A DNA stretch of 28,692 nucleotides from a virus. Taxonomy: Duplodnaviria; Caudoviricetes. The notes beneath the pieces were generated by a model, which was not told the DNA's origin, did not search any database, and was given only the letters and a program-made list of their open reading frames with translations. The position numbers were made by a program, and so were the translations under genes. Positions 9,059-15,806 of the stretch are shown piece after piece (within the stretch, counting starts at the first letter, position 1; each line of letters starts with the position of its first letter). The stretch spans positions 1 through 28,692 of the IMG/VR virus record IMGVR_UViG_3300049472_000072, one strand, 5' to 3'.

Positions 9059-9237
9059 ATATTTGGTTGTTTAAATTGGTTACTTTTGAAATTCTTTATT
9101 GCTTATTTAATTGACTAACAATTTCGTGGTACTTCTTTTGTTGCTCGATAAATATCGAGTCTTTTATCTTTTCCTTTTGGACAAAGTTTACGCTACCAAC
9201 TTTGGCATAGCCTATGTAACTACTTGTTAATTGTACT

Positions 9238-9438
9238 TTATACATGGTTAAAATATGGTTTAAGGTTGAGATAAATATCAAATACTGTTTTAGGCATATA
9301 ATTTAACAAAGAAACATCGCATGTTTCTAATGCTGTTTTTAAAACGCCAATCCAATATGGTTTGCTAGACTTTTCAATGGTTTTAATTACATCTATTTGT
9401 GCAAAAATCGTAAGCCTTGAAAATTCGTCGATACTCAT
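9238..9438 (-). CDS. hypothetical early protein
   Basis: ORF in the operon. Confidence 0.55.
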   Translation of the reverse strand: MSIDEFSRLTIFAQIDVIKTIEKSSKPYWIGVLKTALETCDVSLLNYMPKTVFDIYLNLKPYFNHV

Positions 9439-9561
9439 ATTTTGCCAGTTAAACAGTCAAACGTATAGGCTAGGATAAAATGAACTGTATTTGACGAAAT
9501 TGCTATGTACAGTATTGAGGCATTAAAGCTGTAAATGAGAAACTGCGTGTAAATGTCCATA

Positions 9562-9714
9562 TTATTCGAATTGGTGTGTAAAAATATTATGGCATTCGCC
9601 CGTTTGTGCCAACTCCAAGTCTTTTAGGTGTTCGTTCCCCGTATCTTCGTCGTTTTTGGATTCGGTTGAATAATCTTCGTTGTCCAATTCTCTTTCTAAT
9701 TCTAAGCCTTCCAT
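9562..9714 (-). CDS. 50-aa highly acidic early protein
   Basis: Read by hand: MEGLELERELDNEDYSTESKNDEDTGNEHLKDLELAQTGECHNIFTHQFE; first ORF after the leftward promoter. Confidence 0.55.
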   Translation of the reverse strand: MEGLELERELDNEDYSTESKNDEDTGNEHLKDLELAQTGECHNIFTHQFE

Positions 9715-9735
9715 TTCATTCGTCGTTTATGGTTA

Positions 9736-9831
9736 CAAAGGTAACTCTATTTTTTGATAAAACAACACTTTTGTTTATAATTTATTTATTTTACGTTTAT
9801 TTTTGGTTTATCAATATAATTGCTAACTTTG
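9736..9831. promoter_or_regulatory. divergent Bacteroidetes-type promoters
   Basis: Minus-strand TACCTTTG (9736-9743); plus-strand TTTG at 9802 and TAACTTTG at 9824-9831; AT-rich spacer. Confidence 0.7.
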
Positions 9832-9849
9832 CATTGTTAACGAACGAAA

Positions 9850-10092
9850 ATGGCACGACCTATAAAAACAAAAGAGCAAAACGACTTAGACGCTAAGGCA
9901 TCGCAGGAACTTAAATATACCTTATCTAATATACAGGTAGGTGAACGGGCATTTATACCCCACATGTCAAAAAAGTTGGTGCAAAGGAAAGTATGCTACC
10001 ATAACAAAAAACAAGAGTCAAAAATAAAGTTTGATTATTGCAATGATAATAGGGACGGGGTTGTTGGTGTGGCGATATTGAGAATTGGGTAG
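9850..10092 (+). CDS. small basic protein, possibly DNA-binding
   Basis: First ORF after the rightward promoter; MARPIK start. Confidence 0.6.
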   Translation: MARPIKTKEQNDLDAKASQELKYTLSNIQVGERAFIPHMSKKLVQRKVCYHNKKQESKIKFDYCNDNRDGVVGVAILRIG

Positions 10093-10104
10093 CGCAGTGG
10101 AGTT

Positions 10105-10135
10105 GCACTGAACAGAGAAGTGTTTCTGTTGTGGG
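10105..10135 (+). repeat. short cassette junction site 1
   Basis: AACAGAGA-AGTG-TTTCTGTT mini-hairpin; 22 bp (10114-10135) identical to 11341-11362. Confidence 0.65.
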
Positions 10136-10286
10136 TTACAGTTCTTTTTCAATTGGTAAAATTATGAATAGACGATATAATGGATTCAATGATGGGCTTC
10201 ACGCTTCATCTGGCGTAGGTGGAGAAGACCCATATTGGGAGTTTGAAGAGCAACTTCTGGGCGGAGTTATAAAACCTAATGATATT

Positions 10287-10532
10287 ATGTCAAATCTAAA
10301 AATAGGGCGAATGGTGGAATTTTTCCCAAACAAAAACAAGGATGGGTTAAAGTTGCTTAACAGCATGGAAAGCGCACCGGCAATGATTGTGCAAATATTT
10401 AATGAGCATGTTAATTTGGTCGTTTTTACTGCCGATAATACAGGCGAAAATCCTGTAAAAAATGCGTGGAGCATTCGGCATAAAAACAAAGTACAAGGTG
10501 AGGGAGAGTCATATTGGGATTCAATTATTTAG
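10287..10532 (+). CDS. cassette gene, hypothetical phage protein
   Basis: IGRMVEFF...APAMIVQIF...VNLVVF; ATG follows a 25-bp leader shared with the gene at 11053 (alternative start 10164). Confidence 0.65.
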   Translation: MSNLKIGRMVEFFPNKNKDGLKLLNSMESAPAMIVQIFNEHVNLVVFTADNTGENPVKNAWSIRHKNKVQGEGESYWDSII

Positions 10533-10546
10533 CAAGTAAGCTGTAA

Positions 10547-10654
10547 TGTCATTGTTTGACGAATATTCCAAGGCGTTATCTTCAAATATCATATAATAGG
10601 CGGTTTGATAAAGAATCATTAGAAGAGATGAATTTTAGGATGCATCTCTCTTAA
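10547..10654 (+). pseudogene. 3' remnant of a deleted cassette gene
   Basis: 35 open codons with no 5' start, ending just before the inverse core TTGCTACTAAC. Confidence 0.45.
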
Positions 10655-10660
10655 ACTTGC

Positions 10661-10753
10661 TACTAACGGTTGGGTATATACGAAGTACCCGAATTAGAAG
10701 CTTAAAATTTAGTACAAACCTTAATAGGGTGTTTCGTATATACCTTGTCAGCA
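10661..10753 (+). repeat. attC-like site 2
   Basis: TACTAAC; arms GGTATATACGAAGTACCC and GGGTGTTTCGTATATACC (16/18); core GTCAGCA. Confidence 0.75.
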
Positions 10754-10765
10754 AATCGTTAAAAT

Positions 10766-10846
10766 ATGTGGATTAGAACAGTAAATGGAATTGAATGGAT
10801 AGAAGTTGAGCAAACAGCACAAGGATTGTGGATACCTAAACGGTAA
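10766..10846 (+). CDS. 26-aa microprotein cassette gene
   Basis: MWIRTVNGIEWIEVEQTAQGLWIPKR fills a cassette between sites 2 and 3. Confidence 0.55.
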   Translation: MWIRTVNGIEWIEVEQTAQGLWIPKR

Positions 10847-10860
10847 CATATTTTTATGTC

Positions 10861-10993
10861 TGCTAACGACACGTATTTGGGCTTGTGGTGGCTGAATGGA
10901 AACGTGGGTATCCACCGCCAAAAAAACTAACTAGAAATCAATAAACTAAGAATAACCAAGAACGCCACCACATGACTAAATACCGTGTTATGG
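10861..10993 (+). repeat. attC-like site 3
   Basis: TGCTAAC; arms 10873-10892 and 10964-10983 (17/20); core GTTATGG at 10987. Confidence 0.8.
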
Positions 10994-11052
10994 GCTGCCG
11001 TTTTTGTTCACCGATAAACTTCTGGGCGGAGTTATAAAACCCATTTATAATT

Positions 11053-11295
11053 ATGGATTTCATGGGCAAAAAAGCAAAAGACAAGATCACTGGTTTTGAA
11101 GGTATTATTACTTCAAAACATATTTATTTAACTGGATGTAATCAATATGGAATTCAGCCATCAGTCGATAAAGATGGGAAAGTCCCTGAAAAAAACTACT
11201 TTGATGAAGGAAGAATAGAAATAACTGGGGAAGGTATTTCTTCAAAAAGTGTCACCGCTGAACAAAATGGATGTGACCAAAGAGAACATCCATAA
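11053..11295 (+). CDS. cassette gene, small SH3-like phage protein
   Basis: GKKAKDKITGFEGIIT..HIYLTGCNQYGIQP...DG...YFDEGRI. Confidence 0.75.
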   Translation: MDFMGKKAKDKITGFEGIITSKHIYLTGCNQYGIQPSVDKDGKVPEKNYFDEGRIEITGEGISSKSVTAEQNGCDQREHP

Positions 11296-11327
11296 TTGAG
11301 TAAACTTGGCGACTGTTATGATTTCTA

Positions 11328-11422
11328 CGGTTGCCCATAAAGAGAAGTGTTTCTGTTGTGGGCTTCTTTGGACTTCAAAATCGGGAAAGTGTTTCGCCCA
11401 TAACTGAAACACAATGTTATAT
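11328..11422 (+). repeat. short sites 4 and 5 bracketing an ORF-less mini-cassette
   Basis: GCCCATAA-14 nt-GTTGTGGGC ... GCCCATAAC-11 nt-GTTATATG. Confidence 0.6.
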
Positions 11423-11437
11423 GAAAACCTTTCTTTT

Positions 11438-11725
11438 ATGAATACATTAACCCATTCAGATTTTAATAAAAAAGAAATATATTTTGTCATAATACCTCGT
11501 CCTTGGCTTCAAGGTAACCCGATTGGTTTCGGAGCAGTCGAACCAGACAAAGAATATAAACGTGGCATCACATGGGTTGCTGATGTTATAACAAGAACAG
11601 ATTTGTCGGCATGGTCTGGATTTACGATAAAACAATTTGGTGATGATTTAGGTCATTATCAATTTAAAACATACGATAATTGCTTTGATAAGTTATGTGA
11701 TGAATTTAAGCATTTGCTCGTTTAA
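11438..11725 (+). CDS. cassette gene, hypothetical
   Basis: ATG at 11438 lies inside the cassette; the stop overlaps the inverse core AAGGTTTCATATAAC. Confidence 0.7.
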   Translation: MNTLTHSDFNKKEIYFVIIPRPWLQGNPIGFGAVEPDKEYKRGITWVADVITRTDLSAWSGFTIKQFGDDLGHYQFKTYDNCFDKLCDEFKHLLV

Positions 11726-11731
11726 GGTTTC

Positions 11732-11863
11732 ATATAACGCTAGGTGTTCAAGCTTTTTTCGGGATTAACGGAGACGTAGGTCTCCACCGATGGGAACTGA
11801 ACTTGTGCAAAAAAAACACGAGTTGCCTCTAAAGCCCGAAAATGATTGAACACAGTGTTAGGC
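11732..11863 (+). repeat. attC-like site 6
   Basis: ATATAAC; arms 11744-11763 and 11835-11853; core GTTAGGC at 11857. Confidence 0.8.
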
Positions 11864-11911
11864 GCAAAGTTTTCTTTTAATTAGTAACCAATTAAATTAA
11901 TTTATAATACA

Positions 11912-12106
11912 ATGAAACTAAAAAATCTTTTGTGGCTATTATTAGCCTTTTCAGTTAGTAATTATTTCGCTTGGATGATTGGCTCGTTTGTTGAAATTAA
12001 ATCTACTTTGCTGTGGTGCTTTGCACTTACCTGCATAGGAAGCGCACTCTTTTCAGTGCTTGGATTTATTTCAAATGATTCTAATAATTTAAACAAAGTA
12101 ATTTAA
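11912..12106 (+). CDS. cassette gene, two-TM membrane protein
   Basis: Two hydrophobic helices in 64 aa. Confidence 0.7.
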   Translation: MKLKNLLWLLLAFSVSNYFAWMIGSFVEIKSTLLWCFALTCIGSALFSVLGFISNDSNNLNKVI

Positions 12107-12148
12107 TTGTGTAATGTTTTTATCTAAGGTGCACATATTTAAACTTGC

Positions 12149-12279
12149 GCCTAACGAAGACGGCTTTGTATTGTGCAAGGCTGAACCGCCAAAACGTATA
12201 AATAATGGAAAATGTATCTGATATGTGTGAAGCTCAAATAACCAGTAAACCCTTGCATAATTCAAAGCTTGTGTTATGC
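12149..12279 (+). repeat. attC-like site 7
   Basis: GCCTAAC; arms 12163-12180 and 12251-12268 (16/18); core GTTATGC at 12273. Confidence 0.82.
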
Positions 12280-12310
12280 GATGCCTTTCTTTCTTTTTTT
12301 TAGGTTTTTA

Positions 12311-12341
12311 TTTGGTGGTGTGTAATTTGTGTGTATATTTG
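12311..12341 (+). promoter_or_regulatory. cassette-internal promoter with operator repeats
   Basis: TTTG-19 nt-TATATTTG; GTGTGTA direct repeats at 12318 and 12329. Confidence 0.75.
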
Positions 12342-12352
12342 CACCATACAAT

Positions 12353-12502
12353 ATGAGACGATTTAATTTCTTCATTGAGCAACAGTGGATTGACAGAATA
12401 AAAAGAGACATGAATAAACATGGATTTACTTCTGTGTCTAGTTTTATTCGATTCATTATCATTAAGTTCTTTGATAAAAATATTGACAGTAGCAATAAGT
12501 GA
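12353..12502 (+). CDS. ribbon-helix-helix (CopG/Arc-like) regulator, 49 aa
   Basis: Read by hand: MRRFNFFIEQQWIDRIKRDMNKHGFTSVSSFIRFIIIKFFDKNIDSSNK; strand-helix-G..S.S.FIR pattern. Confidence 0.7.
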   Translation: MRRFNFFIEQQWIDRIKRDMNKHGFTSVSSFIRFIIIKFFDKNIDSSNK

Positions 12503-12619
12503 GATACTTCAACCAATCCGTGTGTCGCAGGTTCGAGTCCTGTCATAACTGTAAAAGGTTGTGTAGCTCAGCTGGTAGAGTAACTGACTAAAAAGACTCT
12601 CTTAGATTTTCTCTGTCAA
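12483..12619 (+). ncRNA. yrlA: Y RNA, YrlA-type tRNA mimic
   Basis: Terminal stem TTGACAG/CTGTCAA; T arm GCAGGTTCGAGTCCTGT precedes a closed acceptor stem and D arm TAGCTCAGCTGGTAGAG; lies upstream of the TROVE gene. Confidence 0.85.
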
Positions 12620-12624
12620 CTTTA

Positions 12625-12690
12625 TTGAAAGTGGCGATTGCAGTGTTACTTCTTTTGGTGAAAAACACACTCCAAACTTTACCCTTTCAA
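12625..12690 (+). ncRNA. short Y RNA 2
   Basis: Stem TTGAAAG/CTTTCAA with the same AGTRGCRA 5' motif and pyrimidine-rich 3' strand. Confidence 0.7.
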
Positions 12691-12694
12691 GTTA

Positions 12695-12763
12695 TTGGAA
12701 AGTAGCGACTGAAAAGCGTTCACCTGCTAACTGAAACCGCTTACCAGAGTTTTCTCTTTCCAA
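12695..12763 (+). ncRNA. short Y RNA 3
   Basis: Stem TTGGAAAG/CTTTCCAA, AGTAGCGA motif, TTTTCTCT 3' strand. Confidence 0.7.
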
Positions 12764-12771
12764 CACTTGCA

Positions 12772-12807
12772 AGGGTACATTCCAGAAATGGGGTGTACCT
12801 TTTTTTT
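12772..12807 (+). terminator. intrinsic terminator between the Y RNAs and rsr
   Basis: GGTACATTCC-loop-GGGGTGTACC followed by T8. Confidence 0.8.
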
Positions 12808-12833
12808 ATTGAAACAATTTTAAACAAATAACT

Positions 12834-14279
12834 ATGTCAAGATTCAACACAACATCAGAAGGAACTAAAACCGTAAATTTAGCAGGTGGCGAAGCTTTCA
12901 AGCAAACGCCAGAATTGGAATTGATTTCAATTCTTTTAACCTCATTTGCAAATGATAGCTTTTATCGTTCATCAAACGACACGTTTGAGCGACTAAAAGA
13001 ACTAGTAAGGATTTGCGATAAGCGATTTGTGGCACAAGCTGCCGTATATGCCAGAACACATTTTGGGATGCGTTCAATAACACATTGCGTGGCTTCTGAA
13101 CTTGCAAAGCATATATCAGGTGAGGCATGGGCAAAAGACTTCTATTCGGCTGTAATTTACCGACCTGACGATATGTTAGAAATATTGTCTTATCATTCAT
13201 CAAGAAATGGGAAAATCCCTAATTCAATGAAAAAAGGGCTTGCAAAAGCTTTTGACAAATTCGATGCGTATTCATTGGCTAAATATAGAGGCGAAGGCAA
13301 AGGGTTCAAACTAATTGACGTTGTGAACTTGGTACACCCAATTCCGACCGAAAAGAATTCAGAAGCAATAAACGCCCTTGTGAAAGGTGAATTGAAATCG
13401 TTTGACACATGGGAGGTAGAGCTTTCAAAAGCAGGACAAACGGCAACTAGCGAGGAAGAAAAAGCAGACTTCAAAAAAGAAGTTTGGATCAAACTTATTC
13501 GTGAGAAAAAGCTTGGCTATTTTGCTTTGTTGAAAAACCTAAGAAACATCATAGAGCAAGCCCCAGAAGTGATAAATGATGCAATCGCAACATTAACAAA
13601 TGAAGCTTTGATTAAAAAATCGCTTGTATTGCCTTTTCGATATTTGACAGCATTTGAAGAAGTTCAAAAATTAAATGATGGAAAAATTGTAAGAGAAGTA
13701 TTGATGGCACTAAATAAAGCCGTTGATACTGCAATAAACAATGTGCCAAAATTTGATGGTGAAACATTAGTGGTATTGGATGTTTCTGGTTCAATGAACG
13801 AATCACACATGGGGACAAAATCGCCCCATGTGATTGGTGCTTTATTTTCGGCTGTTCTAGTAAAATCTAACAATGCTGATTTTATGGTATTTTCTGATAC
13901 TGCAAAATACCACAACATCAACCCAATGGATTCAACCATAACGATTGCTAATTCTTTGCGTTTTGCAGCAGGTGAAACAAATTTTCATTCCATATTTCAA
14001 ACTGCAAATAAGAAGTATAATAGGATCATAATTCTTTCTGACATGCAAGGATGGATTGGAGGATATTCGCCAACTAGGGAGTTTTCTGAGTACAAAAAAA
14101 CAACCGAATCAAATCCATTTGTTTACTCATTTGATTTGAAAAATTACGGAACGATGCAATTTCCAGAAAGAAACGTTTTTGCATTGGCTGGATTTTCAGA
14201 AAAGGTTTTTGATACTATGAAAATGATGGAGGAAGACAAGAATTCTTTAGTGAATGAAATTAAAAAGGTCGTGTTTTAA
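12834..14279 (+). CDS. rsr: Ro60/Rsr TROVE-vWA RNA-binding protein
   Basis: N-terminal NLAGGEAF; TROVE motifs (YAR...MRS, YSLAKY, DVVNLVHP, TWE, ALLKNLRN, LPFRY); MIDAS DVSGSM, T, SDMQ. Confidence 0.95.
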   Translation: MSRFNTTSEGTKTVNLAGGEAFKQTPELELISILLTSFANDSFYRSSNDTFERLKELVRICDKRFVAQAAVYARTHFGMRSITHCVASELAKHISGEAWAKDFYSAVIYRPDDMLEILSYHSSRNGKIPNSMKKGLAKAFDKFDAYSLAKYRGEGKGFKLIDVVNLVHPIPTEKNSEAINALVKGELKSFDTWEVELSKAGQTATSEEEKADFKKEVWIKLIREKKLGYFALLKNLRNIIEQAPEVINDAIATLTNEALIKKSLVLPFRYLTAFEEVQKLNDGKIVREVLMALNKAVDTAINNVPKFDGETLVVLDVSGSMNESHMGTKSPHVIGALFSAVLVKSNNADFMVFSDTAKYHNINPMDSTITIANSLRFAAGETNFHSIFQTANKKYNRIIILSDMQGWIGGYSPTREFSEYKKTTESNPFVYSFDLKNYGTMQFPERNVFALAGFSEKVFDTMKMMEEDKNSLVNEIKKVVF

Positions 14280-14300
14280 CGCATGGCCTTTTAAGGTATC

Positions 14301-14388
14301 GCATAACGTAAATATAAATGAAGCTGGCATTTGTGAAGCCTAAAGGTAGGTGTGAACTTGCGCCAGTTTCTTTTATATAGTGTTATCA
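14301..14388 (+). repeat. attC-like site 8
   Basis: GCATAAC; arms 14312-14328 and 14362-14378 (15/17); core GTTATCA at 14382. Confidence 0.8.
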
Positions 14389-14406
14389 GAATTATTTTTT
14401 GTCCGC

Positions 14407-14444
14407 TTGTTTTGTAATGATTATGTAATTACATTTGCATTACA
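14407..14444 (+). promoter_or_regulatory. cassette promoter overlapped by a palindromic operator
   Basis: TACATTTG at 14430-14437 within TGTAAT-N5-TGTAATTACA-N5-ATTACA. Confidence 0.65.
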
Positions 14445-14460
14445 TTTAAACAATAAATAG

Positions 14461-15552
14461 ATGCAAGTACAAGTAATTACATTACCAGTAGAAGTAAGCG
14501 AATTAGCGATTAAAGTTTCGGCTAATAAGCAAGAAGAAGTTAAAAACGTATTGCAACAAATTTTTACAGGAACAGATGACTGGGAAAAACAAGTAGATGC
14601 AATTGAGGTAAAAGACATTAACGACAAAATGAGTATTGAACTTGCAGAAGTAGCAAGGAAAAACTCAAAAACAGCTAGATTGAATGCTGAAAAAATATTT
14701 GATGCAAAACGTGAAGAAGTTCAAAACCTAAAGGCAGAATTTGATTTAGAAGACAAACTTTGGTTAAAGGCAAAACAGGTAATGCAATTGAAATTCAAAG
14801 CAATTGAAGAAAAAGCAGAATGGAAGGCAAATTTTGTAAAGCGTTTTGAAGCTGAACAAAAAGAACTAAGAACACAAAAAAGAATTAACGAAGTTTCAAA
14901 ATATGCTGAAATAAACCGCATAGAATTTGAAAATATGAGTGAGGATATTTTTGATAGTTTTTTAAGCGGATTAAAGGCTAATTATGAAGCCAAAATAGAA
15001 GCTGAAAAGAAAGCAGAAGCAGAACGCATTGAAGCTGCAAGATTAGAATCAGAACGCATTGAAAAGCAAAGAATAGAAAACGAGCGACTAAAAGCCGAAG
15101 CAGAAAAGAGAGAAAAAGAAATAGAAGCGGAACGCAAGGCAAACGAGCAAAAACTTGCAGAAGAAAGAGCAAAAGCAAAAGCCGAAGCTGATAGGATCGA
15201 AGCAGAAAATAAGGCTGAACAAGAAAAAATGAACGCCTTTTTAGCTGAACAAAAACGGAAAAGTGAGTTACAACTAGAAGAAGCTAGGAAGGAGAAAGAA
15301 AGACTTGAAAAAGAAATCCAAGCTAAAAAAGATGCTGAATTAAAAGCGGAAAACGAACGCAAGGAAGCTGAACTAAAAGCAAAAGCCGAAGCAGAAAAGA
15401 ACGCTAAAGCCCCAATAAAACAAAGATTAAATGTTTGGGTAGATTCTTTTGAAATTAATAGAACTTTTGTTGAGCATGAGAAAGCAAAAGAAATAATTCA
15501 AAAGTTTGAAGCATTTAAAAAATGGGCTAAAACAGAAATTGAATCTATTTAG
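14461..15552 (+). CDS. cassette gene, long charged coiled-coil protein
   Basis: 363 aa, E/K/A/R-rich helical repeats. Confidence 0.85.
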   Translation: MQVQVITLPVEVSELAIKVSANKQEEVKNVLQQIFTGTDDWEKQVDAIEVKDINDKMSIELAEVARKNSKTARLNAEKIFDAKREEVQNLKAEFDLEDKLWLKAKQVMQLKFKAIEEKAEWKANFVKRFEAEQKELRTQKRINEVSKYAEINRIEFENMSEDIFDSFLSGLKANYEAKIEAEKKAEAERIEAARLESERIEKQRIENERLKAEAEKREKEIEAERKANEQKLAEERAKAKAEADRIEAENKAEQEKMNAFLAEQKRKSELQLEEARKEKERLEKEIQAKKDAELKAENERKEAELKAKAEAEKNAKAPIKQRLNVWVDSFEINRTFVEHEKAKEIIQKFEAFKKWAKTEIESI

Positions 15553-15553
15553 T

Positions 15554-15715
15554 ATGGCTAAGAAAAAACACGATAGGCAATTATCTAAGCGTTTTAACGG
15601 TAGTGATATTGATAAGTGGCAAGAACTAGCCAATAAAGAAACAGGTGGGAATCTCACTTTGTTTATTGAGTTGACCATAAATAAGGCTGTTGAACGTGCC
15701 AATAAGCCCTCTTAA
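15554..15715 (+). CDS. RHH-like small regulator (53 aa)
   Basis: RQLSKRF...IDKWQELANKETGGNLTLFIELTINK; stop abuts the inverse core AATATTTCTGATAAC. Confidence 0.6.
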   Translation: MAKKKHDRQLSKRFNGSDIDKWQELANKETGGNLTLFIELTINKAVERANKPS

Positions 15716-15721
15716 TATTTC

Positions 15722-15786
15722 TGATAACAATTGTGCTTGTCTAACTTGATTTACCAAATCGCTGTTATTAGCTTGTATTGTTAGTA
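15722..15786 (+). repeat. terminal, degenerate attC-like site 9
   Basis: TGATAAC followed by a weak hairpin (GATTT/AAATC) and GTT at 15764 or 15780. Confidence 0.5.
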
Positions 15787-15806
15787 TATTATGGTATATT
15801 TGTACT

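Larger units (their letters stand above)
10105..15786 (+). mobile_element. integron-like gene cassette array lacking a local integrase (CALIN-like)
   Basis: Nine AAC...GTT junctions; start and end of each cassette are inverted matches of 9-16 bp; imperfect hairpins lie between cassettes. Confidence 0.8.

Noticed and set aside
10105-12290. CRISPR array
   Set aside because: Repeats are not identical, the intervening units are gene-sized and variable, and no cas genes are present
12274-12546. Minus-strand 90-aa ORF MTGLEPATHGL
   Set aside because: Typical antisense translation of a tRNA-like T arm; it overlaps the Y RNA and RHH gene
12520-12585. Canonical tRNA gene
   Set aside because: The T arm precedes the D arm and there is no anticodon arm or CCA end; this fits a YrlA Y RNA instead
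10661-14388. Inter-cassette hairpins as simple intrinsic terminators, REPs or MITEs
   Set aside because: They have large loops, no U tracts and no target duplications, and these explanations do not account for the start-end complementarity of each cassette
14980-15410. DNA repeats in the coiled-coil gene; TolA annotation
   Set aside because: Explained by low-complexity E/K/A/R protein sequence; there is no TM anchor or TolA C-terminal domain
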